Below, piece after piece: positions 49,956 through 60,670 of a stretch of 64,000 bases of DNA; the first letter of the stretch is position 1; the number at the start of each line of letters is the position of its first letter. The notes below the pieces were generated by a model. That model saw only the letters and a list, made by a program, of their open reading frames with translations, did no database searches and was not told the DNA's origin. Made by a program: the position numbers and the translations under genes. Source of the stretch: Bacilli bacterium (GTDB taxonomy: Bacteria > Bacillota_I > Bacilli_A > RFN20 > CAG-826); NCBI GenBank assembly GCA_024408095.1, contig JAKSVI010000002.1:2111-66110 (forward strand), given 5' to 3'.

Positions 49956-51767
49956 ATGGCGTTCGGTTTATTATATGACTTTCTAATGGGCCAATCAGTT
50001 GATGCCCATACATATTTTGGTGCGCATTTCACAAAGCAAGGGAAAACAAGTGGCGTAATGTTTCGTCTTTATGCACCATGTGCTTCTGATGTTTCTATAA
50101 TTGGTGATTGGAATAACTGGGATGTGGGGGCACACAAATTAAATAAAATTGATGATTGTGGCGTCTGGGAAATTTTCATTCCAAACCTTTCTAATTATCA
50201 AAGCTATAAATTTCATTTTAAAAATGCTAGAGGACATTATGTTGATAAAATCGATCCTTTTGCATTTTTCTCTGAGTTAAGACCTGGCACATGTTCTAGA
50301 TTATTTGATATTGAAGGGTTTCAATGGCACGATGATGAATTTTTAAAATCCAGAGATAGGAATTTTGATAAACCAATGTCTATTTATGAGATGCATGTTG
50401 GTTCATGGCAATTTAAAAACGATGGAACGCCATATTCTTATGAAGAAGTTGCGGACAACATTATTCCTTACATTTTAGGTATGGGATATACTCATGTCGA
50501 ATTCATGCCGTTAACTCAATATCCGTTTGATGGAAGTTGGGGTTATCAGGCTACCGGATTTTATTCTGTTGATTCTAGATATGGGAATCCATTTCAATTA
50601 ATGAGTTTAATCGACCGTTTGCATCAAGCTGGGATTGGTGTCATTTTAGATTTTGCCCCTGTTCATTTTGCAAGAGACAGTTGGGGTTTGGCAAAATATG
50701 ATGGAACAAACATGTTTGAATATTCTAATAAATACGCCGTTTCCCCTTGGGGAAGTTTCCAATTTGATTTAGGAAAAGATCCTGTTCGTAGCTTTTTAAT
50801 GAGCGCTATGAACTATTTTGTTAGTTATTTCCATATTGATGGTATTCGTGTTGACGCAGTTAGTAATTTAATCTTCTACTATGGAGACAAACGCGAAGGA
50901 ACTAACGATGGTGCGGTTGAATTTGTTAAAAGACTAAATGGAAAAATGCATTTGTATCATCCATCGTTAATGATGATTGCAGAAGATAGCAGCGATTATC
51001 CAGGGGTTACTAAACCTCTTGAATATAATGGTTTGGGATTTGATTATAAATGGGATTTAGGTTGGATGAATGATACTTTGAAATACTATTCTTTAGACCC
51101 TATCTATAAAAAATATGATCATAATAAACTAACTTTCTCTATGGCTTATTTCTACAGTGATAACTTTATGCTTCCATTTTCACATGATGAAGTTGTTCAC
51201 GGAAAAGGAACGTTACAGAACAAAATGTGGGGAGATTATGGCCAAAAATTTGCCTTATTGAGAAATTTAATGGTTTATCAATTCTCACATCCAGGCAAAA
51301 AACTTAACTTTATGGGTAATGAATTTGGTAGTTTTGATGAATGGAACGAAATGAAAAGTTTACCTTGGGAAGTTAAAAGTTTCCCAGCTCATGATAGCAT
51401 TACAAGACTTGCCCATGACTTGAACCTTGTTTATCGTGCGAATCCAAGCATGTACATTCATGAACACGATCCAGCGACATTTAATTGGCTAATGGTAGAT
51501 AATCGTGATCAAAGTGTTTTTGCGTTCCAACGTTCTTATGGTAAAGATAGCGTTATCTGCATATTCAATATGACTGGTAATTTCTATGATTATTATGCCT
51601 TTAACAATATTCCAAAAGGAACTTATGAGGAAGTTATCAACACCGATAAGGATGTCTATGGTGGCGGAAATCAATATAACGGATTGCCAATCAAAGTTGG
51701 AACTGATGGTGTTATGGGTATTAAATTAGCAAGTTATGCGGCTATTATATTTAAAAAAATTAAGTAG
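49956..51767 (+). CDS. glgB: 1,4-alpha-glucan branching enzyme
   Basis: GH13 motifs (GIRVDAV, EDSS, HDEVVHGK); RBS GGAGG. Confidence 0.93.
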   Translation: MAFGLLYDFLMGQSVDAHTYFGAHFTKQGKTSGVMFRLYAPCASDVSIIGDWNNWDVGAHKLNKIDDCGVWEIFIPNLSNYQSYKFHFKNARGHYVDKIDPFAFFSELRPGTCSRLFDIEGFQWHDDEFLKSRDRNFDKPMSIYEMHVGSWQFKNDGTPYSYEEVADNIIPYILGMGYTHVEFMPLTQYPFDGSWGYQATGFYSVDSRYGNPFQLMSLIDRLHQAGIGVILDFAPVHFARDSWGLAKYDGTNMFEYSNKYAVSPWGSFQFDLGKDPVRSFLMSAMNYFVSYFHIDGIRVDAVSNLIFYYGDKREGTNDGAVEFVKRLNGKMHLYHPSLMMIAEDSSDYPGVTKPLEYNGLGFDYKWDLGWMNDTLKYYSLDPIYKKYDHNKLTFSMAYFYSDNFMLPFSHDEVVHGKGTLQNKMWGDYGQKFALLRNLMVYQFSHPGKKLNFMGNEFGSFDEWNEMKSLPWEVKSFPAHDSITRLAHDLNLVYRANPSMYIHEHDPATFNWLMVDNRDQSVFAFQRSYGKDSVICIFNMTGNFYDYYAFNNIPKGTYEEVINTDKDVYGGGNQYNGLPIKVGTDGVMGIKLASYAAIIFKKIK

Positions 51768-51786
51768 AATTTGAGGAATAAATATT

Positions 51787-54192
51787 ATGTTTAACAGTAC
51801 AGAAGCTTTTAAATCGGAATTTAAATCAAGATTATTATCTAAATTTGGTGTCAATGTTAAAGAAAGTCATATTACAGAAAGATATGAAGTTCTTGGTGAA
51901 ATGGTAAGGGATTTTGCTAATCAAGATTTAGTAAGAACTCACCATGAATGCACAAGCAAAGATCATAAAGTTTTGATCTATTTTTCGATGGAATTTTTAA
52001 TTGGTAGATTATTAATTTCTAATATGCAAAATCTTGGCATTTATGATGTTGCAAAGCAAGGATTAGCAGAATTAGGATTTGATGTACACGAAATCGAAGA
52101 TCAAGAGCCTGATGCCGGTTTAGGAAACGGAGGCTTAGGTCGTCTTGCTGCCTGTTTCTTAGACTCAATCGCATCATTAGGATATATTGGACATGGAAAC
52201 TGTATTAGATATCAATATGGTTTCTTCAAACAAAGAATTCTTGATGGAAAACAAATCGAACTCCCTGATCAATGGCTGACTAATGGCAACATATGGGAAG
52301 TTAGGAAACCAAAATACGCTGTGGAAGTTAAATTTTATGGACATCCAGAAAGTTATCAAAAAGCTGATGGAAAATATGGCATTAGAACTGCTGATGCATT
52401 AATTGTTAGAGCTGTTCCATATGATGTTCCGGTTGTTGGATATAAAAATAAAATTACTAACACTTTGAGACTTTGGAATGCCGAACCAAGCAATCATCAT
52501 CTCCCAAAACATACAAGTTTCACTGATTATTTACAGTCATTGTCAGAATTATGTCACGGACTTTATCCTGATGATTCAACAGAATCTGGTCGTAAACTTC
52601 GTTTAATTCAACAATATTTCTTAGTTTCTAGTGGCCTTCAATCCACAATTAGAAGTTATTATAATCACCATAAAACTATTAAAGGCATTCACAATTCCTA
52701 TGTATTTCAATTAAATGACACTCATCCTATTATGGCTATTCCAGAAATGATGAGAATTTTGCTTGATGAATATGATATGGAATGGGACGAAGCCTGGGAT
52801 GAAGTTAGACAATCTATGGCTTATACAAACCATACAGTTATGATCGAAGCTCTTGAAAAATGGCCTATTAGTTATGTCCAAACAATAACGCCTCGTTGCT
52901 ATATGATTATTGAAGAAATTAATAGACGTTTCAATATTGAATTAACAAGAAATGGCGTTGATGAATCAAAGAAATATGCTATGAACATCATAAAAGATGG
53001 TCAAATTCACATGACAAATCTTGCCATTTATACATGTTTTAGCGTTAATGGTGTTGCTCAAATTCACACCGATATTTTAAAATCTATAACATTTAAAGAC
53101 TTATACACATATATGCCTGAGAAGTTTAATAATAAGACCAATGGTGTTACTCATCGCAGATGGTTAATGTACGCTAATCCAAAATTATCTGATTTAATCA
53201 CATCAAAAATTGGTGATGCTTGGAAAAAAGATATGTCATTAATTAAAGAGTTTGAAAAATATGTTGATGATAAAGACGTACTTAATAGCTTTGATAACAT
53301 TAAGTTAGAAAATAAGAAAAAATTAGCTAAATTTATTAAAGAGAAAAACAATATTGACATAGATGTTAACTCAATTTTTGATGTTCAAATAAAACGTCTT
53401 CACGCTTACAAACGTCAATTGTTAAACATATTTAACATTATGTATTTATATAATCGAATGAAATCTGATCCTAATTTCAGAATTTTTCCTCGTACATTTA
53501 TTTTCGGCGCAAAAGCTGCACCAAGTTACCATTACGCTAAGAAAATTATCGAATTAATTTGTGCTGTTGCTGATGTCGTAAATAGTGATGAAACATTAAA
53601 TAAATATATTAAGATTGTGTTCATTGAAAATTATAGTGTTTCACTTGCGGAATTAATAATCCCTGCTGCAGATGTTAGTGAACAAATTTCTACTGCTGGT
53701 AAGGAAGCCAGTGGAACAAGCAATATGAAATTAATGATGAATGGTGCTGTTACCTTGGGCACTTTAGATGGCGCAAACATTGAAATTGCAAATCTTGCAG
53801 GAAGAGAAAACGAAGTAATTTTTGGTTTAACCGCCGAAGAAGTTGAAAACCATAAATTGCATGGAACTTATAATGTCTGGGATATATATAATTCTGACAG
53901 TAGAATCAAAGAAGTTATGGATTCATTGTTCCAAGGAGAGTGGGTTAACTTTAGGCCTGACAAATTCCGTATGATTTTTGATGAAGTTATGAACAAAAAT
54001 GATGAGTACTTCATTCTTAAAGATTTCGATTCCTATGTAAAAGCGCAAGAAAAGATTGAAGAATTATATAAAAATAGAGACTTATGGAATCGTATGTGTC
54101 TTATGAATGTTGCAAATTCTGGATTCTTCTCCTCTGATCGAACAATCGAATCATATGCGCAAGAAATATGGCATTTAAAGAAGGTTAACTAA
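51787..54192 (+). CDS. glgP: glycogen/maltodextrin phosphorylase
   Basis: GT35 signature including the EASGTSNMK PLP-lysine motif; 801 aa. Confidence 0.95.
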   Translation: MFNSTEAFKSEFKSRLLSKFGVNVKESHITERYEVLGEMVRDFANQDLVRTHHECTSKDHKVLIYFSMEFLIGRLLISNMQNLGIYDVAKQGLAELGFDVHEIEDQEPDAGLGNGGLGRLAACFLDSIASLGYIGHGNCIRYQYGFFKQRILDGKQIELPDQWLTNGNIWEVRKPKYAVEVKFYGHPESYQKADGKYGIRTADALIVRAVPYDVPVVGYKNKITNTLRLWNAEPSNHHLPKHTSFTDYLQSLSELCHGLYPDDSTESGRKLRLIQQYFLVSSGLQSTIRSYYNHHKTIKGIHNSYVFQLNDTHPIMAIPEMMRILLDEYDMEWDEAWDEVRQSMAYTNHTVMIEALEKWPISYVQTITPRCYMIIEEINRRFNIELTRNGVDESKKYAMNIIKDGQIHMTNLAIYTCFSVNGVAQIHTDILKSITFKDLYTYMPEKFNNKTNGVTHRRWLMYANPKLSDLITSKIGDAWKKDMSLIKEFEKYVDDKDVLNSFDNIKLENKKKLAKFIKEKNNIDIDVNSIFDVQIKRLHAYKRQLLNIFNIMYLYNRMKSDPNFRIFPRTFIFGAKAAPSYHYAKKIIELICAVADVVNSDETLNKYIKIVFIENYSVSLAELIIPAADVSEQISTAGKEASGTSNMKLMMNGAVTLGTLDGANIEIANLAGRENEVIFGLTAEEVENHKLHGTYNVWDIYNSDSRIKEVMDSLFQGEWVNFRPDKFRMIFDEVMNKNDEYFILKDFDSYVKAQEKIEELYKNRDLWNRMCLMNVANSGFFSSDRTIESYAQEIWHLKKVN

Positions 54193-54683
54193 TGAAACTT
54201 GATTTGACAAAACTTTTTGAATGCCAAAAAGAGCTTGATGCAACAATAGCCAAGAACCATAATATTAGTTACGAAAACACGAAAGAAAGAAGAATTATGG
54301 CTCTTCTTGTTGAAGTTGGAGAATTAGCAAATGCGACCCGATGTTTTAAATTTTGGAGTAATAAGCCAAGTGAACCAAAAGAAATAGTTCTTGATGAATT
54401 TGCTGATGGTTTACATTTTTTGCTTTCATTAGGTTTAATTATTAACGTTTCAAATAAAACTTTTTCTTACAAAAAAAAGAATGTTGATTTAACAAGCCAG
54501 TTTTTAGAAGTTTATAAGAAAATAAACGAATTCAGAAAAAAACAAACAGAAACATCTTATAGAAAAGCATTTATTAGTTTTTTAGAGCTCTTGCCAATAT
54601 TAGGATATAAAGGGCTTGAAGCTGTTGATGCATATTACCTAAAGTTAGATGTTAATTATAAAAGACAACAAAATAATTACTAA
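54192..54683 (+). CDS. dimeric all-alpha dUTPase family protein (YncF-like)
   Basis: LVEVGELAN and DEFADGLHFLLSLG motifs typical of the dimeric dUTPase/MazG-like fold; TAATG overlap with glgP. Confidence 0.6.
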   Translation: MKLDLTKLFECQKELDATIAKNHNISYENTKERRIMALLVEVGELANATRCFKFWSNKPSEPKEIVLDEFADGLHFLLSLGLIINVSNKTFSYKKKNVDLTSQFLEVYKKINEFRKKQTETSYRKAFISFLELLPILGYKGLEAVDAYYLKLDVNYKRQQNNY

Positions 54684-54696
54684 AAAAGTCGACTTA

Positions 54697-55143
54697 CTAA
54701 TCGACTTTTTCTTTTAGAAACTCTTCAATTTGATTTTCGTTTAGGACTTTAATTCCTTTGCTTTTTAATAGTTCTGTTGTAATTCCAGATCCAGGTATCT
54801 TTTTGTCAGAGAAAGTTCCATCGTGTATTTCAGTGGAACCGCAAGATGGAGAACCATCCTTTAATATTGCTATTTTTATTCCTAGATACAGACATATATT
54901 TAATGCTTTTTCTGCTCCGTCATTGAATTGTTTTGTTACATTTCTTCCATCATTCATTATTACAGAATCATTAATTCTCTCTGATGGTTGTCTTGGAACT
55001 TTTAAACCTCCCTCGACTTCTGGACAAAAAGGAACGAGTTCGTATTTTTCGAGCAAATCTTTAATAAGTGGTGAGTAATTACTCTTACCATCGTACCTAG
55101 TTTTATCACCAATTAAACATGCGCTAATGAGAATTTTTTCCAT
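54697..55143 (-). CDS. DUF523 family protein (TudS-like)
   Basis: MEKILISACLIGDKTRYDG start and GSPSCG motif. I chose the ATG at 55143. Confidence 0.65.
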   Translation of the reverse strand: MEKILISACLIGDKTRYDGKSNYSPLIKDLLEKYELVPFCPEVEGGLKVPRQPSERINDSVIMNDGRNVTKQFNDGAEKALNICLYLGIKIAILKDGSPSCGSTEIHDGTFSDKKIPGSGITTELLKSKGIKVLNENQIEEFLKEKVD

Positions 55144-55196
55144 AACCTTAAATATTTTATATTTCATCAAAGCCTTAATCAAGTTATAATCTTCGC

Positions 55197-55835
55197 ATGA
55201 ATAAAAGTTTTTCTTATTTAGTGGATGGCAAGAGTTTTGTTGTTGAAATAACGTACAAGCGAATTAAAAATATTCACTACAAGTTTAGGAACGGTGTATT
55301 TCAGGTTTCGTGCCCATTTTATACAACTCAAAAGTCAATAATTATAGGGTTAGACAAGTATGCAGAAAAGTTAATAAAACTAGAAAATAAAACGCCGCCT
55401 TTTACAGATGATTATGTATATATTTTTGGATTTAAAGTCCCAATAAAAAATATAAATGAAATTAACTTTGATAACGGTTTGAAAATCGCTTTTAAAAACA
55501 AGGAAAATCTTGAGAAAAAATTAAGAACCTTGTTACTTGAGACAATCACATCAAGAGTTAGATTTTATGAAAAACAGCTGGGATTGGAGCCATATTTTGT
55601 AAAAGTTAGAAATATGACAACTAGATATGGGGTAAATAATAAATATAAAAAAACACTCACTTTTGCGGCAATGTTGATTCATTACTCTTATGAAATTATT
55701 GATTCAATTATATTGCATGAATTATGCCATGAATTTTATTATAACCACAGCAAATCATTTTATGATGTTTTATATCGATATTGTCCAAAATATGATATTT
55801 GTAGAAAAAAATTAAGAAAGGGGATTTTTTCATGA
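55197..55835 (+). CDS. YgjP-like metal-dependent hydrolase (DUF45, HExxH)
   Basis: ILHELCHEFYYNHS zinc motif near the C-terminus. Confidence 0.65.
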   Translation: MNKSFSYLVDGKSFVVEITYKRIKNIHYKFRNGVFQVSCPFYTTQKSIIIGLDKYAEKLIKLENKTPPFTDDYVYIFGFKVPIKNINEINFDNGLKIAFKNKENLEKKLRTLLLETITSRVRFYEKQLGLEPYFVKVRNMTTRYGVNNKYKKTLTFAAMLIHYSYEIIDSIILHELCHEFYYNHSKSFYDVLYRYCPKYDICRKKLRKGIFS

Positions 55836-56554
55836 TAAAAGCAATCACTAGCAAAGATAATCCACGAGTTAAATTTGCGTATTCTTTAAAAGACAGCAAA
55901 ACAAGAAAAGAAAATAAAATGTTTCTTGGCGAGACTAAAAAAAGTATGGATATGGCATTAGAAGCAGGTGTTTTATTAGAAGTTTTTGCCCTTGAATGGC
56001 TTTCTTTACCCGATAATATACAACAAAATTTAGTATCAATAGATGTTTTGAAAAAAATTTCTAATAATGTTAATCCTGAAGTTGTTTTTATTGCCAAAGA
56101 TATCGATCTTAAACCAACAAAAATGGAAAAACTTGTTTATTTAGACCATATTCAAGATCCTGGTAATATGGGAACTATAATCAGAACAGCGCTTGCCTTC
56201 AATTATGATGCTGTTATTTTAAGCAAAGATTGCGTTTCAATTTATAATGAGAAGGTTCTGAATAGTAGCAAAGGTGCTATTTATAAGATGCCGACTTTCA
56301 TTGATGAACTTATCAAATATAAAAAATCCCATCAGATTATTGTATCCACATTAGGCAAAGACTCTGAGCCATTTGATTCCATTAGCTTAAATAGAAATTT
56401 TATTATTGTTTTAGGGAATGAAGCTCATGGAGTAAACGACGAAGTTTTAAAATTAGCAGATAAAAAAGTAAAAATACCAGTACAAAATATCGACTCTTTA
56501 AATGTCTCAGTTGCAGCAGGAATTTTATTAAATACCTATGCAAAAGTCAAATAA
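55832..56554 (+). CDS. TrmH/SpoU-family RNA 2'-O-methyltransferase (YsgA/RlmB-like)
   Basis: QDPGNMGTIIRTA, LGNEAHGV and SLNVSVAAGI motifs. It precedes pheS, as B. subtilis ysgA does. Confidence 0.8.
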   Translation: MIKAITSKDNPRVKFAYSLKDSKTRKENKMFLGETKKSMDMALEAGVLLEVFALEWLSLPDNIQQNLVSIDVLKKISNNVNPEVVFIAKDIDLKPTKMEKLVYLDHIQDPGNMGTIIRTALAFNYDAVILSKDCVSIYNEKVLNSSKGAIYKMPTFIDELIKYKKSHQIIVSTLGKDSEPFDSISLNRNFIIVLGNEAHGVNDEVLKLADKKVKIPVQNIDSLNVSVAAGILLNTYAKVK

Positions 56555-56593
56555 TTTTTTCGTTAAACGAAATTTTGTCTCAAAATTAATTGA

Positions 56594-56630
56594 AAACCAT
56601 TAAGAAATATATTTCTAATTGGTTTTTTAT
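56594..56630 (+). terminator. rho-independent terminator, followed by an extended -10 (TGTATAAT, 56633-56640) for pheST
   Basis: AACCATTAAGAAATA / TATTTCTAATTGGTT pairs at 13 of 15 positions, followed by a T-run. Confidence 0.65.
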
Positions 56631-56669
56631 TTTGTATAATTATTGCGATTATTTAAGGAGTTATATGAT

Positions 56670-57701
56670 ATGGCACAATCTCTTGACTTAATTCGTGAAG
56701 AAGCATTAAAGAAAATTTCTGATTGTAAAAATACTGATGAAATTAATGAAGTTCGCAACACTTATTTATCAAAGAAAAGTGAATTGATGAGTTTGATGAG
56801 TACTTTAGGGAGCTTGACTCCTGATGAAAGAAAAGAATTTGGAATGAAACTCAATCAAACTAAATCTCAAATTTCTGAAGCATTAAATGCTAAACAAGAA
56901 GAACTTGCTACAGTTGAACTAAATAAAAAATTAGCAAGTGAGGAAATAGATATATCATTACCAGGCAGAAATTTCAGTCGTGGTGGTAAAAATCCGTTTT
57001 ACATTATTGAAGACGAAATAACTGATATTTTTCTCGGCATGGGATTTTCTGTTGCAAGCGGTCCAGAGATTGAAACAGATTTATTCAATTTTGAACTCTT
57101 AAATATTCCAAAAGATCATCCTGCAAGAGATATGCAAGACACATTTTATATAAACGATAATACATTGCTTCGTACCCATACATCTCCAGTTCAGGCTCAC
57201 ACAATGCAAGAGTCAAAAGGCGAGCCAATTAGAATAATCTGTCCTGGAAAAACTTATAGAAGAGACGATGATGATGCAACTCATTCACATCAATTCGCTC
57301 AAATTGAAGGACTTGTCATAGATAAAGGTATTAATATTGGACATTTAAAAGCAACATTAGAACTTTTTGCAAAGAAAATGTTTGGTGAAAAAAGAGAAAT
57401 TAGATTACGTTCTTCATATTTCCCATTTACTGAGCCCAGTGTCGAAGTTGATATTACCTGTGCCAATTGTGGCGGAAAAGGTTGTTCAATGTGCAAAGGT
57501 ACTGGCTATATAGAAATTTTAGGCGGTGGAATGGTTCATCCAAATGTTTTGAAAATGAATGGATATGATCCTGAAGTTTATAGTGGTTTTGCATTTGGAA
57601 TTGGAATTGAAAGAGTTGCAATTTTAAGATACGGAATCGATGATATTAGAAAATTTTACCAAAACGATGTTCGATTCATCGAACAGTTCAAAAAAGCGTA
57701 G
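56670..57701 (+). CDS. pheS: phenylalanine--tRNA ligase alpha subunit
   Basis: Class II motifs (FRRDDDDATH, GFAFGIGIER). I chose the ATG at 56670, 9 nt after AAGGAG. Confidence 0.97.
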   Translation: MAQSLDLIREEALKKISDCKNTDEINEVRNTYLSKKSELMSLMSTLGSLTPDERKEFGMKLNQTKSQISEALNAKQEELATVELNKKLASEEIDISLPGRNFSRGGKNPFYIIEDEITDIFLGMGFSVASGPEIETDLFNFELLNIPKDHPARDMQDTFYINDNTLLRTHTSPVQAHTMQESKGEPIRIICPGKTYRRDDDDATHSHQFAQIEGLVIDKGINIGHLKATLELFAKKMFGEKREIRLRSSYFPFTEPSVEVDITCANCGGKGCSMCKGTGYIEILGGGMVHPNVLKMNGYDPEVYSGFAFGIGIERVAILRYGIDDIRKFYQNDVRFIEQFKKA

Positions 57702-57713
57702 GAGGGAAATAAC

Positions 57714-60110
57714 ATGTTAATAAGTTTAAATGAATTAAAAAAATATGTTGATATCAGTAACTTAACCGCTGAAGAAATAGCTAACGGTTTGACTTTTGCG
57801 GGCGTCGAAGTTGAAGAAGTTTCCTCATTTGCAAGTGGTACAAATTTAGTCATTGGAGAAATTTTAGAATGTGAAAAACATCCAGATAGTGATCATTTAC
57901 ACATTTTAAAAGTTAATTTAGGCCAGAAATTTGGTGTTGAACAGATAGTCTGTGGAGCTCCAAACGCTAGAAAAGGTTTAAAAGTCATTGTTGCTAGAGT
58001 TGGCAGTAAACTTCCTGATGGAGAAATTAAAAAAGGCGTCATTAGAGGAGTAGAAAGCAACGGCATGTGCTGCTCTCTCCTTGAGCTTGGTGTTGACTCA
58101 AAGTATTTAACAGAACAACAAACTAAGGGTATCGAAGAATTGAATCCTAACGCACCTGTGGGTGAAGAAAATGTTTTAGAATATTTAAATCTTGATGACA
58201 CCGTTTTGAATTTGAAAGTATTAGCGAATAGGCCAGATTTATTATCTTTATATAATGTTGCTAAAGAAGTTGGTGCTATCTTTGATAGGAATGTATCAAT
58301 CCCATCTAAAGAAATACCTAGTTCATTCACTACTAAAGTAGTAAATAAAAGCGAAACAGATAGATGCTCACAATTTGCTATTAGAGAGGTGAGAAACATA
58401 AAAATTAAGTCATCTCCAAAATGGCTTTCCAGTGTTCTTTCTTCTAGTGGCATCAGAAGTATTAATAATGTTGTTGATATCGGAAACTATGTCATGTTAT
58501 TAACTGGTCAGCCATTACATATGTATGATTTAGATAAATTACCTAAAAATGAACTTTGTGCTAAAGATGATTTTGTAGGTGAATTTGTAGCGCTCGATGA
58601 TAAAAGTTATAGAGTTATAAAAAATGACATTGTTATTTCATCAAATAACATTCCAATGTGTTTAGGCGGTGTGATGGGAAGCAAAGCTTCTGAAGTAGAT
58701 GCAAATACCAAAAATGTTGTGATAGAATCAGCAAGTTTTGACGGAGCTTCTATTAGACATACTTCAAATAGATTGGGGTTAGCAAGTGAATCTAGTCAAA
58801 GATTTGTAAAAGGGATAAATAAATATCAATCTAACGATGTATTAAACCTTGCAACTCAGTTATTGATTGAGCTTGCCGGCGCCCACGAAATCAGTGATAT
58901 TAAAAATTGGGAAAAATCCATATATAATCAACAGGTCGTATCCTCTTCTTATGAAAAAATTAATGATAGACTTGGTACAGCATTCACAAACGAACAGATT
59001 AAGAATGTTTTAACAAGACTAAATTTTGAAGTTGAAGAAAAAGGCGATAAAATTGACGTTTTAGTCCCAAAATATCGATTAGATATTGATGGATCCGCTG
59101 ATTTAAGTGAAGAAGTCATTAGATTACTAGGATATGAAAATGTGCATAGTGTGCTTCCAAGATTAGACACAAAAGTTGGCGCACTCACTATATCTCAAAC
59201 AAGAAAGAGAATTGTTCAAAATCTTTTACTTGATAACGGACTAGATGAATGCGTTACATATTCATTAATTAGCAAAAAGGAAGCTGACAAATTTAATTTA
59301 TTAAATAATGAAGACAAATATCAGATTTTAAATCCTCTAACAGATGATCATGAAATTTTTAGAACACATATTTTGCACAGCTTATTAAAAGTTGCTAGTT
59401 ATAACGTAAATCGACAAAATAAGAATCTCGCACTTTTTGAAATTTCAAATATGATGAGTAAACAATCTAGAAACAACCATCTTGCAATTGTTTTATTGGG
59501 AAAAGATGGAAATAGAGACTTACTAGAAACAATCCCTTATGATTTTTATCATATGAAAGGATTGGTGGAATCAATTTTCAACTCAATTGGTATTGAAAAT
59601 AGCCGATACAAATTTAGTAGAATTTCTAATTGCAACAAAGAATTGCACCCTGGAAAGAGTGCCGAGATTGTATTCCAAAATCAAGTTATTGGAAAATTTG
59701 GTGAGGTGCATCCATCAATCTATAACGAGTACGATTTAGGTAAAACAAATTGTGTTGTTTTGGAAATGAATTTAGATCCTATTTTTGATGCAAAAGTAAG
59801 CGTTAATAAAATGAATCCAATTTCTAAATTCCCAACAGTTGAGAGGGATTTAGCCGTGATTTTAGATAAAAATGTATTATCTTCAGACTTAATTAAGGCA
59901 ATAAAAGTCTCATCAAAAGGACTTGCGAAAGACGCTAAAGTTTTTGATGTTTATAGTGGCAATAATATATCCGAAAATAAAAAATCTATTGCAATAAAAA
60001 TTATCTTTGGAAACGATGAAAAAACATTGGTTGACAAAGAGATTAATGATGCAATGGATAACATCAAATTTGATTTAGCAAAATTATTTAAAACAGAGTT
60101 AAGAAGCTAA
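57714..60110 (+). CDS. pheT: phenylalanine--tRNA ligase beta subunit
   Basis: tRNA-binding, B3/4, B5 and FDX-ACB domains; 798 aa. Confidence 0.97.
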   Translation: MLISLNELKKYVDISNLTAEEIANGLTFAGVEVEEVSSFASGTNLVIGEILECEKHPDSDHLHILKVNLGQKFGVEQIVCGAPNARKGLKVIVARVGSKLPDGEIKKGVIRGVESNGMCCSLLELGVDSKYLTEQQTKGIEELNPNAPVGEENVLEYLNLDDTVLNLKVLANRPDLLSLYNVAKEVGAIFDRNVSIPSKEIPSSFTTKVVNKSETDRCSQFAIREVRNIKIKSSPKWLSSVLSSSGIRSINNVVDIGNYVMLLTGQPLHMYDLDKLPKNELCAKDDFVGEFVALDDKSYRVIKNDIVISSNNIPMCLGGVMGSKASEVDANTKNVVIESASFDGASIRHTSNRLGLASESSQRFVKGINKYQSNDVLNLATQLLIELAGAHEISDIKNWEKSIYNQQVVSSSYEKINDRLGTAFTNEQIKNVLTRLNFEVEEKGDKIDVLVPKYRLDIDGSADLSEEVIRLLGYENVHSVLPRLDTKVGALTISQTRKRIVQNLLLDNGLDECVTYSLISKKEADKFNLLNNEDKYQILNPLTDDHEIFRTHILHSLLKVASYNVNRQNKNLALFEISNMMSKQSRNNHLAIVLLGKDGNRDLLETIPYDFYHMKGLVESIFNSIGIENSRYKFSRISNCNKELHPGKSAEIVFQNQVIGKFGEVHPSIYNEYDLGKTNCVVLEMNLDPIFDAKVSVNKMNPISKFPTVERDLAVILDKNVLSSDLIKAIKVSSKGLAKDAKVFDVYSGNNISENKKSIAIKIIFGNDEKTLVDKEINDAMDNIKFDLAKLFKTELRS

Positions 60111-60598
60111 TGAAAATTAATCGCTCGACATTAGGAAAAAACTATAGATATCATTTTAATGATATTGTTGAGTTTTCACCAACATCTTTTGATCCTAACT
60201 ACATAAGAAAGATTTCACCTGTTGAAGTGAAATATGATGCTATTGATTATGGTGATATCTTACATTTAGAGCTCGAAATCTCTTGTTTGGTCACAGGTGT
60301 TTGTTGTTATTCTCTTGAAGATGTTGAAATACCCCTACATTTTAAGGATGAATTAGACTTTTCTGATGATAAATCATTAATGGAACAGTGCTTTTTTGTA
60401 GAAGAAAATATGTTTGATTTAGATCCATATATACTTGGTCTTATACTGTCAAATATTCCTTCGAAAATTGTGAAAAAAGGCGCTAAGCTTCCCAAAAGTG
60501 GTGATGGATATCGCGTCTTAACTGAAGATGAATACCTTAAAGAAAAATCTGAAGAAAAAGATCCACGTTGGGATAAATTAGACGAATTAGATTTGTAA
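60110..60598 (+). CDS. YceD/DUF177 family protein
   Basis: Size, internal Cys pair and an acidic C-terminus; TAATG overlap with pheT. Confidence 0.7.
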   Translation: MKINRSTLGKNYRYHFNDIVEFSPTSFDPNYIRKISPVEVKYDAIDYGDILHLELEISCLVTGVCCYSLEDVEIPLHFKDELDFSDDKSLMEQCFFVEENMFDLDPYILGLILSNIPSKIVKKGAKLPKSGDGYRVLTEDEYLKEKSEEKDPRWDKLDELDL

Positions 60599-60618
60599 TA
60601 TAACAATTTATTGTTAAA

Positions 60619-60647
60619 GCAAGACGCACTGCGGCGTCTTTCTTTTT
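60619..60647 (+). terminator. rho-independent terminator
   Basis: AAGACGC / GCGTCTT stem followed by TCTTTTT. Confidence 0.7.
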
Positions 60648-60670
60648 AAAGGTTCTTTCTTCATAAAATG

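Noticed and set aside
49841-50032. 63-aa minus-strand ORF spanning the glgB start region.
   Set aside because: It overlaps the glgB SD and N-terminus in antisense. It has low-complexity Lys/Asn/Tyr-rich composition and no RBS.
57893-58453. 186-aa ORF antisense to pheT. Similar antisense ORFs occur at 17734-18069, 20431-20817, 55708-56097 and 54758-55078.
   Set aside because: Each is embedded in a strongly supported gene on the other strand. None has a ribosome-binding site or a family resemblance, and all have shadow-ORF composition.
60601-60616. Perfect palindrome TAACAAT-TT-ATTGTTA after yceD, sharing the core CAATTTATTG with the palindrome at 49638-49653. This could be a common operator.
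   Set aside because: There are only two copies. The core is pure low-complexity AT sequence that is expected by chance here, and a related AATAAATTTATT occurs inside rsmH at about 61995. No associated regulator gene is evident.
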